This document shows, one piece after another, positions 22,172 through 33,155 of a DNA stretch of 64,000 nucleotides (the first letter of the stretch is position 1; every line of letters starts with the position of its first letter). The notes beneath the pieces are model-generated. The model had not been told where the DNA came from and did not search any database. It saw nothing but the letters and a program-made list of their open reading frames with translations. The position numbers and the translations under genes are program-made. The DNA comes from an uncultured bacterium (GTDB lineage: Bacteria > Zhuqueibacterota > QNDG01 > DTFT01): contig CAVTNR010000012.1 of the NCBI GenBank assembly GCA_963736115.1, positions 288,001 through 352,000 of the forward strand, given 5' to 3'.

Positions 22172-23302
22172 TTAATTCGATCGGAGAAAATCCGTGGGCG
22201 TCATGCCGGTATACCGCTTGAACGCGGTGTTGAAAACCGACTTGGAATTGAAACCCGCTTCCAGAAGCACTTCCAGGACGGATTTGCCCTGTTCACGGCC
22301 TTCCCGGAGCATGCGTTTCGACTCCTCAATGCGCCGCCGGTTCACATAGTCGAAAAAACTCTGGTTCAGGGACTCGTTCAGAATCTGGGACAGGTAACGG
22401 GGCGGAATGTTCGTCTTGCGCGCCAGAACCGGCAGGGTCAGCATGGGATCCAGATACGGCTTCTGATCCCGCATGACCTGTTCGAGCTGATCCAGATACT
22501 GTTTTTTCTGTCCGTCCGTCAGGCCGGATCCCTGGTATTTCGGCTTATCTTCGACTCCGAATTCAACTGCCGGCTGACGCATGCTCTTGAAAAAAATGAG
22601 CTGGATGGAAAACAACGCCACAATCATGGCCGCATTGGCGATGGCCACCGATCCGTAACCGGTCAGGCTGTGATGGATGTAATAAACCGTGTCGAAACTC
22701 CAATGCGCGAGGTATCCGAAAAGGACCACGTTGAGCCAGGAAAGATTATGGCGCTCGATCGTGGACATGGAGTTCCGAATGTCCCGTCTGTACCGGGCCA
22801 GCTCTCTCAGGCACAGGAGAATGTAGGCCAGAATCAGCCCCTGCATCAACGCGCAATGGACGCGGTATTCGGTGAGGGACAGAGCACTGAAAGTTTCCAC
22901 CAGCACGCGTTTCACTGCCGGTGAACGGAGGTCGAATCGGCCGGACATGAATGCCAGATGCGCCACGAAGGGAAGCGCGTGGAGGGCAACGGCCGGCCGG
23001 AGCTGAAATTCCTTGTGGGTGATGGATTTCGTGTACAGGTACAGCAGGGGGCCCCACAGATACACGAAGGATTCGCCGAACCCGACAATCTGGATGAAAG
23101 GCGGCCGCTTCCAGACGCCGAGGAGGATGAGCATCAGGTTGCCGATGGCGACGCTTTCAGCGAAGAGAAAGGCCGCCAGGTTCCGGTTCGACACCGGATT
23201 TTCGGTTTTGCGGATCAGGAGGAAAAAGGCGAAGAAGATCAGCTGGATCCAGGTGACGCCGCTGATCAGCGTGAGTACGGAATATCCTGTGGTCCCTTCC
23301 AT
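22172..23302 (-). CDS. membrane-anchored AraC-family transcriptional regulator
   Basis: Multiple N-terminal TM helices; C-terminal YLSQILN...FFDYVN...AGFNSKSVFNTAFKRYTGMTP. Confidence 0.92.
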   Translation of the reverse strand: MEGTTGYSVLTLISGVTWIQLIFFAFFLLIRKTENPVSNRNLAAFLFAESVAIGNLMLILLGVWKRPPFIQIVGFGESFVYLWGPLLYLYTKSITHKEFQLRPAVALHALPFVAHLAFMSGRFDLRSPAVKRVLVETFSALSLTEYRVHCALMQGLILAYILLCLRELARYRRDIRNSMSTIERHNLSWLNVVLFGYLAHWSFDTVYYIHHSLTGYGSVAIANAAMIVALFSIQLIFFKSMRQPAVEFGVEDKPKYQGSGLTDGQKKQYLDQLEQVMRDQKPYLDPMLTLPVLARKTNIPPRYLSQILNESLNQSFFDYVNRRRIEESKRMLREGREQGKSVLEVLLEAGFNSKSVFNTAFKRYTGMTPTDFLRSN

Positions 23303-23310
23303 GTGCTGAT

Positions 23311-23339
23311 AATATAGAAGGATACGGGATCAATGTCAA
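23311..23339 (-). promoter_or_regulatory. sigma70 promoter, near-leaderless AraC transcript
   Basis: TTGACA-N17-TATATT ending 9 nt before the ATG. Confidence 0.7.
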
Positions 23340-23341
23340 GT

Positions 23342-23378
23342 GGAAGTGCGACACACCTTGTGGGGGCGTCGCACTTCC
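23342..23378. repeat. REP-like palindrome
   Basis: GGAAGTGCGAC-N15-GTCGCACTTCC, 11-bp perfect arms. Confidence 0.55.
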
Positions 23379-23435
23379 GTTGTTTTAATTATTGAAGGCC
23401 CTCCAATCGAGGCTCAGCCCTGATCAAGTCACGGA

Positions 23436-24891
23436 TCAGATCACGTTCAGTTTTTCAAGTTCCTTCACGGCCGTATGCCGGAAAAATCCGCTGTCGAAGC
23501 CGGTATCGTTGAAGTGGATCACCGTGTCGAAGCACTCCCGGGCAATCGCTTTATCTCCCTTTTTCGCAAAGGCCAGCCCTTTGTAATAAAAATTGCTCGC
23601 CCAGCGCTTGCTGGTCTGATCGAAGTCTTCGATCGCGTCATCGTATCGTTTTTCGCGCATGGCGACCAGACCTGCCAGTCCGTGCCATCCCTGCATGTCT
23701 GTTGGACTTTCGGGTGGTTTCGGCATACTTTTTATACTGTTCGGCCTTGGTTCTGGCTTCCGCAGCATCCCCCTTCGCCACCGCCAGTTCGACCTCTCCG
23801 ACCAGGACAATGCTGAGAGCTCCCTCCTTGGCCGGACCAGAAAGAATCGCGGATTTCCGGACAAAGTCCCTGGCCTGCCTGTACTGCCCGGCCGCTTCCA
23901 CGAGCCTGTTTCGTGACACGTCGATTCGTGCAGAGCATGAAGTATGCGAATGGAACGGAGCTGTCATACTGCAATTTCTTGAGAACGGAGATGTTCCGGC
24001 TGAAATCCTGCTTTGCCTCATCGGGCCTTCCTCGTACAGATTGATCATCCCGTTCAGATAGTGGACATCGTATTGCACGTACGGATCGGAAGTGAGAGAG
24101 GCCAAATGCATGACCTTTTCCCGCGCCTCTTCGAATTTTCCCAGGAGGCATAAATTGGTGACCAGCCCGCTGTAGGAACCATAGAAATCGGGTTTAATGG
24201 AAAGAGCCTTCTGGTATTCATCGATGGACTCTTGAAATTTTCCCTGTTTCAAGAGGATTTCGGCGTAACTGTCATGGCTATTCGGATCCATCGGGGCCAT
24301 TTCCATATACACTCGCAGAGATTCTTCAGCTTCCGCGGGATTTCCCAGATAAATATTACTGTATCCCATCATGTTGTAAGCGAGTGCGTACTTTTTATCC
24401 AGTGCGATGGCTTTTTGAAATTCGCCGATCGCGTCCTGATACTGCTGCCGGGAAAACAGGAATAGGGCCATCTGAGCGTGAGCTCTCTTGTCCTCAGGAT
24501 AGAGTTCGAGCAGTTTTCGCGTGTGTTCCTCTATTTTCACGGGGTCGCCGTTCTGTCCGGCCTGGGCGATCAGTATGTACAGTTTCTCGCCTTCCGATAC
24601 CTTGTCGAGGGACTGCACGGCCTTCTCCAGATAGCCACGGTGATTTTCAGCGCCCAAGCTGTACAACGCGAGATTCGCCTGGGCGAAATCCGGGTCCTTT
24701 CCGATGGCTTTTTTCATCAGACTGATTGCCTCGATTCGCTGACCACTCTCCATCCTTTCACGGCCCTGGATGAAAAGGTCCCTGGCTTCCGCGGATACTG
24801 TAGTGATCGGAATTTCCTTTTTCTTCGACCCGCATCCGGCCATCAGACAAATGCCGGCCGCTAACAGTAAAAATGCAAACCTGGATTTCAT
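23436..24891 (-). CDS. tetratricopeptide-repeat lipoprotein (three frameshifts near 24025, 23930, 23710; pseudogene or errors)
   Basis: Lipobox MAGC; TPR patterns AIGEFQKAIALD, SIDEYQKALSIKP; C-terminal TPR continues in ORF 23436-23864. Confidence 0.7.
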
Positions 24892-25309
24892 GTGATATCC
24901 TCCCCTTTTTTCCGTTGATGATCCGGTTCCCCTTTTTATAAGCATGGGTCTGATGCTCTGTCCCGCGACCCGAGCGTCAAATGGTATTTCGATCCTCCGT
25001 CTCCAGTACCTGCAAAAACCAGCAATGGCGCCTCTATGGAGGATGGCGCGCCCTTTGAAGTGCGTGTTGCTTTAGCGACTGGTGGTCAGACCGCCTGACA
25101 GAAAAGACATTCTTTCTCGTCACATCGGAGTTCATGAAGGATTCCAGTACGCCAATTCAGCGGGAGGTAATAGACTTCGGTCTTTTTAATCCATCAATGT
25201 CTTCAGATTACTGTAAATATTCCAGTTGCTACAGGAGGCTCTGAAATGGGCCTGCTTGCTTTCGTCTCAAATAATTGTTTTTACTTAATTAATTTTGTAT
25301 ATGCGGGTA

Positions 25310-25435
25310 ATTCACGAAGGATGAGGAATCAATCGGCTTCAGGAATCAGGATCAGGAAGGTGATTTCAACGGGGATGGATGGATTCGGAAGGGATGCCGC
25401 GTCGTCCCTCCGTTCAGGACAGCGATTTTTTTATT
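25310..25435 (+). ncRNA. candidate GGA-repeat (CsrB/Rsm-like) small RNA
   Basis: 11 GGA in ~100 nt including 4 CAGGA, AT-rich upstream region, 3' hairpin and T7 tract. Confidence 0.3.
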
Positions 25436-25643
25436 TATTTACTATATTTAAACTAAAAGATATTCGGTAAAAGTCAAGCGAATATTGATGGCCCGCACCG
25501 GGCCGCGTATTCGAGGCTGGATGATTGGGATCGGATATATTTCGATCCGCGTGCTTATATAGGTGTTTAATCGCAAAATGAATCAATTTTTGTGAACGCC
25601 GATACGACTTCGTTTTCCGGCTCTGCCGCGTCCCCTGCTTCGT

Positions 25644-27107
25644 TTACTTTTCCCTGCCTGTCAGGATGTCCTCCAGACGCTGCCGTTTCACGTAGTTTTC
25701 AAATCGGAAGGACTCAGCCAGCGCGATCAGCTCTTTTTCCGACAGATTCCTGAACAGGCCGCAGTATTCCGGCAACAGCGCTTCGGATATCAGAATATGC
25801 CTGACCAGCTGGCGGATATGCCTATTCGGACCGGACGGGTAGGGATCGAATCCGGGGAACTCCTCTTTGAACATCTCCTCGATCGGCGCCATGATCGGGC
25901 GGATATGCTTATCGCTCGATCCCCAGGCATCCGCGCCCAGCGAATCCTTTCTGGCCAGGAATCGTGAAACCAGTTTCATGTAGGGCGTATCCGCTTTCTG
26001 ATGCAGAATGGCATGAAGCCCCATATCCTTGTACAACCAGATGCACCAACTCGCTCCGTATTTGTTAAAATAGGCCAATTGATCCTTCAGCACCCGGTAC
26101 CGGGTCTCGTCTTCCTTCGGATCGCCGGTATAGAGCGGGCCGAATTCACCGACCCAGATCGGGACCTTATTGGATAACATGAAGTCGCTCTTCTGGAGGA
26201 AAACCTGTTCCAGGGAGTCCTTGTCGATGTACCGGCCGTCGATGACGCCCGGATACTCGCCTCCAAAACCCGGCCGCGCGTAATCGTGATTGGTATACAC
26301 GACATTGTCCCATACTTCCGTAAACGAACTGAAATCCCTTGCATATCGATCGCCTTCCAGGAACAGAATGTGGTCCGGATCGACCTTTCGCACGGCATCG
26401 ACCAGGCGCCTGTAATACGGAAAAACTTTCCTGCCGGTGGGATCTGCCGGCTCATTGATCAGATCATAGCCTGCCACCCACGGTTGATCCCTGTAACGTG
26501 CGGCAATCGCCTCCCACAGGTTCAGCGCCCGGTCCTGAAAGTCCTTGTGCTTCCAGAACAGGGCGACATGGGTCGGATTGTCGCTGTGCCAGTGCTGATT
26601 CTGGAATCCCGGCAGGGCGTGCAGGTCGATGATGGTGTAGATTTGATGCCTGGCGCACAGCTCGATCACCCGGTCCAGGTGCTCGAATGCGCCTTCCCGG
26701 ATGACCCGGGGATTCATGTCATCTTCAAAAAGATGGTAATTGATGGGAATGCGGATCAGGTTCATTCCCAGGCTGTGTATGTATTCCGCATCCGGTTCCG
26801 TGAAGTAGTTTTTCAGGAAAACATCGAAGTAAAGATTGTACTTTTCCGGGCCCAGCGCCTCCAGAAGCCCCTCCCGCATGGCTTCTTCATTGGCTGGATA
26901 TCCATTGATAAAATTCTCCATGTGCAGCATGCCGCCGAGTCCGAAACCGCGCAGGACGACCGGGTCTCCCTTCGTGTTGACGATTTGATCGCCCGAAACC
27001 GAGAGTCTGGTCTCGCCGCCCATGCCCGGTTTCTGCGTCCAGCCGCTTTCCGAGAACAGAAAGATCGTCAGGATGGCAAGCACCGGACATAATTTTGTGC
27101 GTTTCAT
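25644..27107 (-). CDS. glycoside hydrolase family 5
   Basis: NLIRIPINY, IIDLHALPG, YDLINEP (acid/base), PIWVGEFG (nucleophile); signal peptide from MKRTKL. Confidence 0.92.
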   Translation of the reverse strand: MKRTKLCPVLAILTIFLFSESGWTQKPGMGGETRLSVSGDQIVNTKGDPVVLRGFGLGGMLHMENFINGYPANEEAMREGLLEALGPEKYNLYFDVFLKNYFTEPDAEYIHSLGMNLIRIPINYHLFEDDMNPRVIREGAFEHLDRVIELCARHQIYTIIDLHALPGFQNQHWHSDNPTHVALFWKHKDFQDRALNLWEAIAARYRDQPWVAGYDLINEPADPTGRKVFPYYRRLVDAVRKVDPDHILFLEGDRYARDFSSFTEVWDNVVYTNHDYARPGFGGEYPGVIDGRYIDKDSLEQVFLQKSDFMLSNKVPIWVGEFGPLYTGDPKEDETRYRVLKDQLAYFNKYGASWCIWLYKDMGLHAILHQKADTPYMKLVSRFLARKDSLGADAWGSSDKHIRPIMAPIEEMFKEEFPGFDPYPSGPNRHIRQLVRHILISEALLPEYCGLFRNLSEKELIALAESFRFENYVKRQRLEDILTGREK

Positions 27108-27234
27108 ATGGATTCTCCTTCTTGATTGGCTGGGATACAAGCCTGCCTGAGAAATGGCATTGATGAATAATCCAGGATACTCCGATCGCACCGGGGTTCC
27201 GCCCCGGTGCGTGTCATCATGGAGGGCTCCGCCC

Positions 27235-27790
27235 TCCGAACCACCAGCCCTCTTGAACGGCTACATAGGTGATGTCCGAAGTCCAGACCTTGCCAGGCTG
27301 ATCAGTCGTGAAATTTCGATTCAGAAGATTGGGAGCAATCGGTAAATCATGACCGCTATCCGTAGTGACCCTGAATCTGCGTTTAATCGATGCGGAAATG
27401 CCATTTTTACGCATGATTCTCGCTATCCGTGGACGACTGACCATGACTCCTTCATCTCTCAGGCAACTCATGATTCGTGGACTGCCGTATGTTTTTCTGG
27501 TCCCTTGGTGAATCGTTTGAATTCGTTTAAGCAGTCTCTCGTTTTCAGTGGCCCGACGGCTTGGGACTCGATGAAGCCAACTGAAGTAACCGCTTGGACT
27601 GACTTTCAGTGCCTGGCAGATCTTGGTGACAGGGAAATCTTTCTGGTTTTCCCGGATAAACCCATATTTCAGGAACTTTCTCTCGAAAAAAAAGCCAAGG
27701 CTTTTTTTAAAATGTCCCGTTCCATTTTTGTGTCCGCCAGTTCTTTCACCGAATCACCAGTGTCTGAATCGCCCGGCCCGGAATTGTCAC
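27235..27790 (-). mobile_element. IS3-family transposase remnant (end of OrfA + first half of OrfB)
   Basis: ERDILKKALAFF with A7G frameshift window; KYGFI...YGSPRI...TTDSGH..IAPNLLNRNF...WTSDITY; truncated at both ends. Confidence 0.88.
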
Positions 27791-27799
27791 CGGAAAGAA

Positions 27800-29251
27800 C
27801 CGCTTGTTGAATTCGACCTGAAAGCGCACCGGCTTGTTCTCCCTGATTCAAGAACCGCCAGAGCAATCGATCCGTCCGCGTTTTGACAAGCCGCAGCCAT
27901 CAAATCCTCGGACTCTGAGTCGAGGCCGATCCGCCTGCGCCCCGGGCCGTATGAATTTGCTGAAATGCGCCATCACATAATAGAGGGGCGTGTAATAAAC
28001 CGTATCCGTTTCGGGATCGGCCAGCACCGGCGCGACGCACCAGTTCTTTTTATGGTTGGGTCCGCCCTGAAAATCGAGCACCATGTTCCAGTCGATCCAG
28101 CCCGTCAGCCAGCTGTTGAGTCCCCCGATGATGTCCCGGGCATACCGGTAAACCGGCACATAGGGCGGATGTTTGTCCCTGTCCGCTTCGACAGCCCAGA
28201 AAAACCCCCAATCAGTGGCTTCTTTGTTCCAGTACCATTCATCCTTCAGCCATACACCGGCCGGTTCATCGTTGCCCACATTGTCGATACAGCCTTCGGT
28301 ATGCATCAGCATTTGATCGGGATACTTTTCATGAACCGCGTTCAGAGCATCCGGATACCAGTCCGTTGTGCTGCTGTACCAGTGCACTGCCGTGCCCCAC
28401 ACAACATCGGCCAGATCGGGATCGTCGAGCATGGAGGCCCATTCCTCGAGTTCATCCCGGTTCTGATCGTAAATGAGAATCTTGACGTCCAGACCGTCTT
28501 TCTTGAACTGCGGGGCCAGATGCGATTTGACGAAATCCGCCTCGGTCTGAGGCGTGAAAATCATACTCTCCCACTGCCCGCCGTTGCCGAGAGGCTCGTT
28601 CTCAACGGTCACACCCCAGATGGGAATGCCCTGCGTTTGATACGCCTGAATAGTTTTTGCGAAATACAGCGCCCAGGTTGAATAATATTCAGGCTTTAAG
28701 GATCCGCCGAACCAATCCTCATTGTCCTTCATCCAGGGCGGCGCGGTCCACGGCGAGGCCAGGATTTTGAATCCATCTTTGGATGCTTTCATCGCATCCT
28801 GAATGAACGGAATGAGATCATCCATGTCTTCCTGTATGCTGAAATGCGCAAGGCCCGTATCGCCTGGAATGGTATCATAGCTGTAGGGGGTCAGGGAAAA
28901 ATCGCAGCTGTTGATGTGTGTGCGGGTGAGGCTGTATGCCGCGCCGTCCGGACTGAAATAGCGCCGGATCACTTCCGTCCGTTTGGCTTTGCTCAATTTC
29001 GAGAGCACATAAGCCGAAGATTCCGTGAAAGCCCCGCCGAAACCCGTTATCTGCTGATATTGCCGGTCAGGATGAATCACCAAAGTGGCTCGTTCGGGAT
29101 CTCGTGTTTCAATAGCGGCAACTCTTCCTTTATCAACCAGCTTGTCGCCGGCTTGGGAAGTCTGATAAATCCGAAGCGCTTCTGATTCCCGGGAACATGA
29201 CAAAAGAATCGTTGCGGACAGAAGGAAGAGGGTCGCGGTGATACTTTTCAT
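27800..29251 (-). pseudogene. glycoside hydrolase family 30 lipoprotein, C-terminus frameshifted and truncated at IS3 remnant
   Basis: GFGGAFTES, ASPWTAPPWMK, TVENEP, HTEGC, WIDWN, HFSKFIRPGA; several indels after 27940. Confidence 0.8.
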
Positions 29252-29359
29252 GATGATTCTCCCGTTTTACCGTCTAAGATTTTTTGCAATTTATTTAAAT
29301 GTCAATTCGTTTTATCCCGCGGGAGGTCTGATCAATTCTTTGTATTGTGTGGCACTGCC

Positions 29360-29472
29360 TTTTAGCAGTGCTTCTCTTCCACGTTGACCTCCAGTTGTGT
29401 GAGCACTGGTAATAATTAAATCATAAAACTGCTCACTTGAAACGGGGGCCAAAATAGGAGCTTCAATTGGCA
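29360..29472 (-). other. possible highly decayed attC site (distal end of array)
   Basis: Imperfect inverted repeat (GTGAGCA/TGCTCAC, TTGACCTCC/GGGGGCCAA) just after the last cassette gene; cores degenerate. Confidence 0.3.
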
Positions 29473-29501
29473 ATTTAATTATTTATGAATTATCGATTTG
29501 A

Positions 29502-30056
29502 TCACAATTTACGCTGCGGAAACAGGTAGTATTCAATCCCTAAATTGAAGCTGATATTTGTAAATGTATAGCTATTGGTTCTGAGAATAAAAGTATGTGG
29601 TCCTACTCTGAAATCGATTCTTTTTGATAGTAACCACTTTTTATCCATTCCAAAATCAACGGCATACCCATCCTCTATAAAATCACCTTGTTTATTCCAG
29701 CTATTGGAAAAATGCGTGGTTCCATAAGCTCCGGATAAATGGAAACTGATACTGCTTTGCGTACTATACGCGAGTCCGATACCATATGCATCAAGATTAA
29801 TATATCGATACTTTTCGCCAATATTTTTTTTGATAAATCCGCCAAATTCACTGAAAGACACAGCGTATTTATCCGCAAAGCCCCATCCAATTGCATGATT
29901 TTTTGTGACGATCGTAAAGCCGGATTCATTGATAGTGTTAAATTCTTTCATAAAACCGGGGCCAAGGCTGAATCTCAGGAATGGGCCTTTTTGCGCTATC
30001 ACATGATTTGACGAGAAAACGATCAAGCAAAACAGGATTGTTTCCTTAAAACGCAT
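29502..30056 (-). CDS. hypothetical secreted outer-membrane beta-barrel protein (integron cassette)
   Basis: Signal peptide, alternating hydrophobic strands, aromatic C-terminal strand GIEYYLF; AT-rich; RBS AAGGAG. Confidence 0.65.
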   Translation of the reverse strand: MRFKETILFCLIVFSSNHVIAQKGPFLRFSLGPGFMKEFNTINESGFTIVTKNHAIGWGFADKYAVSFSEFGGFIKKNIGEKYRYINLDAYGIGLAYSTQSSISFHLSGAYGTTHFSNSWNKQGDFIEDGYAVDFGMDKKWLLSKRIDFRVGPHTFILRTNSYTFTNISFNLGIEYYLFPQRKL

Positions 30057-30133
30057 CATATACTCCTTCGGTTTATTTATCGGAATTATTGCTTTTCCAT
30101 GAGCCATATTTTTGTATCTCAAGGAATTAACTT

Positions 30134-30255
30134 TTCCAACGCAAGCATGTGCGGCGCAACCCTAATCGTTTTTCTTGTCTACATATTATGTAGTGATCCA
30201 TCAATTATTAAAATTATACGTTCGGGTTGCGTCCAGCAATTTACAGGGGTTGGCT
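30134..30255 (-). other. attC site (partly degenerate)
   Basis: Minus strand AGCCAAC...GGACGCAACCC...GGGTTGCGCC...GTTGGAA; overlaps the DUF1003 stop codon. Confidence 0.7.
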
Positions 30256-30946
30256 ATTTCATTTTATTTCGCAACTCTTCAAGTATTTCAATTTGAATTT
30301 CCTGAATCTTGATCATTTTTGACCATTGGTCTAATAGTAAATGATCCACTTTCTCATGAAGTGTACGAATCTCAATTTCAGATTTAAGATTGACCTTGTA
30401 ATCATTTTCCGAACGTATTCTGTCTTTTTTCTCCTGCCTGTTTTGGCTCATCATAATAATTGGAGCTTGAATTGCGGCTATGCATGACAGAATCAGGTTC
30501 ATTAAAATAAAAGGATAAGGATCAAAAGGCTTTTTTAATACAACATAACTGTTAATTGCAATCCATAAAAATAGAATTATAAAAAATATAATAATAAATT
30601 TCCAACTTCCGCCAAAAGACGCTACTTTGTCTGAAATCGAATCACCTATTCTTAATTTCTCTTTAATTGAAATATTTATATTCTCCGCAATTAATTCATT
30701 ATTGTTAATGCTTTTGATTACATCTCTTTCTAGTTCTTTGATGTTTGTACTTTCATCATTGATAAGTTTAGCAATATACTTTTCACGGTATGAATAATAA
30801 TCGGATTTACAGATAGTTTTACTGTCATTCCAATCAGGAAAATCATATAAAATAAGATTTTCAATTTCCTGTCGAATTCCATGGCCACTAATGATATCGT
30901 CTTGAGGAAAATCTTTTCGACAAACATGACACGTTATACTGACCAT
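30254..30946 (-). CDS. DUF1003 membrane protein (integron cassette)
   Basis: FGGSWKFI, FDPYPFILMNL, AAIQAPIIMMSQNRQ...DYKVNLKSE; AT-rich. Confidence 0.9.
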   Translation of the reverse strand: MVSITCHVCRKDFPQDDIISGHGIRQEIENLILYDFPDWNDSKTICKSDYYSYREKYIAKLINDESTNIKELERDVIKSINNNELIAENINISIKEKLRIGDSISDKVASFGGSWKFIIIFFIILFLWIAINSYVVLKKPFDPYPFILMNLILSCIAAIQAPIIMMSQNRQEKKDRIRSENDYKVNLKSEIEIRTLHEKVDHLLLDQWSKMIKIQEIQIEILEELRNKMK

Positions 30947-30969
30947 TTTCGGCCTTTCTGTTTTAATTT

Positions 30970-31064
30970 ATCTAATGTGAAAAAAACTGGTGCGCACTCA
31001 AACGATAATAAGCGGTTTGAAATTCATGGAGCGAGTGCGCATCCAGTTCGTTTCAGGGTAAGCC
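30970..31064 (-). other. degenerate attC site
   Basis: Minus strand GGCTTAC...AACTGGATGCGCACTC...GAGTGCGCACCAGTT...ATTAGAT; both cores mutated (AAC to TAC, GTT to ATT). Confidence 0.7.
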
Positions 31065-31091
31065 AAAATTATTTACGTATACTTTTGACAA

Positions 31092-32102
31092 TCACCGCAT
31101 CAGCTGTCTAACGCCGGCGCAGATGCGCTGTTTGTTGGGGAGACTTTGGTCCTCAAGGTGACGGGCGTAAGGGATGGTTGTTTGGGTGCAGACACGGGCA
31201 TACTTGCAGGATATGCCGGCCTCCAGCACTATCGCGGACAATTCTCCTGAAAGACCAAAGCCCTCGTAATCTTCATCCACCACTAACAAGTGCATAGTCC
31301 GTGCGACTGCTTCGCAGACTGCCGTTTTATCTATCGGAGAGACAGTCCGCAAGTCCAGCACACCTGCTGAAATCCCTTCAGTCTCAAGCATTTGCGCGGC
31401 TTCTAAAGCGCGGTGTATGCCTACACCAACACTGACGATTGTCACATCATCTCCAGGGCGTCTAAGGGCAGCTTTACCGATGGGAACGGGTTCCCACTTT
31501 TGAGGAACAGTGTTTTTCGCCCCTTCGGCAGGAACATCATACTGAACCGTGCGGCGCCCTCCTGATCCCAAGAATTCAAGCCAAATCTCAGAGAGGAGTT
31601 TATGTTCAAGGAAGATGACTGGACCATCGTGCTCTAGAGCGGCCAGCATAAGGCCGCCCGCGTCGGCTGGCGTCGATGGAACCAGTACAGTCAGCCCCGG
31701 GATATGCGCCAGCCAACCCCACAGAGACTGCTCGTGCTGTCCACCGTCGCCATAACCACCGCCACAAGGCACACGCACCACGATAGGCGCCGTCCATTTA
31801 CCGCCTGAAAACGCTTCGACTTTAGCGGCATGGTTGAGCAGGGCATCCATGCACACTCCGAGGAAATCAACCATGTACATTTCCACGACCGGGCGTAATC
31901 CAGCCATTGCGGCAGACACGCCGGCCCCTAGAAAGGCGCTTTCGCTGATAGGGGTACCCCGCACACGTCCAGGTCCAAATCGCACGACCAGGTTACGTCG
32001 CAGCAACGGTGTGTCTTCGCCAAAAAGAATAATACGGGGGTCATCCGCCATGGCTTGGGCAAGTGCATCATCAACGGCCTGCGTAAAAAACATGGTTCTC
32101 AT
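31092..32102 (-). CDS. ThDP-dependent 2-oxoacid/acetoin dehydrogenase E1 beta subunit (cassette)
   Basis: TPISESAFLG, GLRPVVE, GGQHEQS, PSTPADAGGL, FLEHK, DLRTVSPID. Confidence 0.92.
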   Translation of the reverse strand: MRTMFFTQAVDDALAQAMADDPRIILFGEDTPLLRRNLVVRFGPGRVRGTPISESAFLGAGVSAAMAGLRPVVEMYMVDFLGVCMDALLNHAAKVEAFSGGKWTAPIVVRVPCGGGYGDGGQHEQSLWGWLAHIPGLTVLVPSTPADAGGLMLAALEHDGPVIFLEHKLLSEIWLEFLGSGGRRTVQYDVPAEGAKNTVPQKWEPVPIGKAALRRPGDDVTIVSVGVGIHRALEAAQMLETEGISAGVLDLRTVSPIDKTAVCEAVARTMHLLVVDEDYEGFGLSGELSAIVLEAGISCKYARVCTQTTIPYARHLEDQSLPNKQRICAGVRQLMR

Positions 32103-33127
32103 AACGGCACCTCCACCCACGCAGAGGCAAGCACGTTGCTTATCTCTTTCTCAACCTGGTCTTCCAGCTCCTGCAAACGGTCCGGGTCCGACTTCAGGGT
32201 TGTGCGCGCATACCGGACCGGGTCATTGGCAGAATCCTGGCGTGGATCGCGCACTGTTGAGAGCACCGCCGCAAGAACGGTTTTCAGCCCTGCCAAGCGT
32301 TCGGGTAAAGCAGCCCCGCCACGACTTAAGAATGATTGTGTGAGCGGAACGGCGATACCGGGCATTTCTCTGAGCGGATCGCGCACAATCCTTAACAGTT
32401 GATAGCCCAAGAAATGGCCTTCGAAATGTACGCATCGGGCATGCAGGAAGGTCGGCCCCTGACCGGAACGGGCGAGTTCAATCGCCCCCTTGGCAGCCTC
32501 CCACACTGCGGACACGTCGTAACCGTCCACTTCAACAGCAGGGATGCCCAGCCCGCGCGCTCGTTCATTCAAATTCCCACCAGTCACCTTTACGGACTGG
32601 GTGGTTATAGACCAGCTGTCATCCTTGCAGACAAACAACACGGGCAAATTCCAAGCCGCAGACAGATTCATCGATTCCATCAACATGCCCTGGTTCATTG
32701 CCCCTTCTCCGAAAAATGCAACGGCAATTGCACCTGGGTGTAAATATTGTGCCGCTAACGCAAAGCCTGCCGCAGTTGGTCCCGCTGCGCCGACGATCCC
32801 TGAAGAAGCGGCCAGAGTTTCTTTCGAAAAGAGGTGCATATGCCCACCCATGCCGCCGCACAGCCCGTCTGAACAACCAAGCAGTTCACGCAGAATAAGA
32901 AAAGGGTCTATGCCTCGCATGACCAAAGCTGATGTGCCACGGTGATCTAATGCCATTGCATCACCTTCACGTAAATGGGCAACAACGCCCGCAATAATCG
33001 CTTCTTCGCCTGTTCCAAGATGCATCTCGCCGGAAATCAACCCGTCGTGCCAGAGTTTGGCAATGGCTTCTTCAACTAAACGGCTTTTCAGCATCAACGT
33101 ATAAAGCGACCATAAATCAGGTGGCAT
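32099..33127 (-). CDS. ThDP-dependent dehydrogenase E1 alpha subunit, atypical (cassette)
   Basis: MHLGTGEEA, HRG, GGHMH, FFGEGAMNQG...WNLPVLFVCKDD, VDGYD, GPTFL. Confidence 0.9.
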   Translation of the reverse strand: MPPDLWSLYTLMLKSRLVEEAIAKLWHDGLISGEMHLGTGEEAIIAGVVAHLREGDAMALDHRGTSALVMRGIDPFLILRELLGCSDGLCGGMGGHMHLFSKETLAASSGIVGAAGPTAAGFALAAQYLHPGAIAVAFFGEGAMNQGMLMESMNLSAAWNLPVLFVCKDDSWSITTQSVKVTGGNLNERARGLGIPAVEVDGYDVSAVWEAAKGAIELARSGQGPTFLHARCVHFEGHFLGYQLLRIVRDPLREMPGIAVPLTQSFLSRGGAALPERLAGLKTVLAAVLSTVRDPRQDSANDPVRYARTTLKSDPDRLQELEDQVEKEISNVLASAWVEVPL

Positions 33128-33155
33128 AAATTCCTCTCTATCAACATCAATTGGC

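Noticed and set aside
24946-25250. Riboswitch upstream of TPR gene
   Set aside because: No recognisable aptamer consensus; would need an Rfam scan
31106-31112. GTTAGAC core inside E1 beta 3' end as att site
   Set aside because: Lies within coding sequence with no matching inverse core or stem
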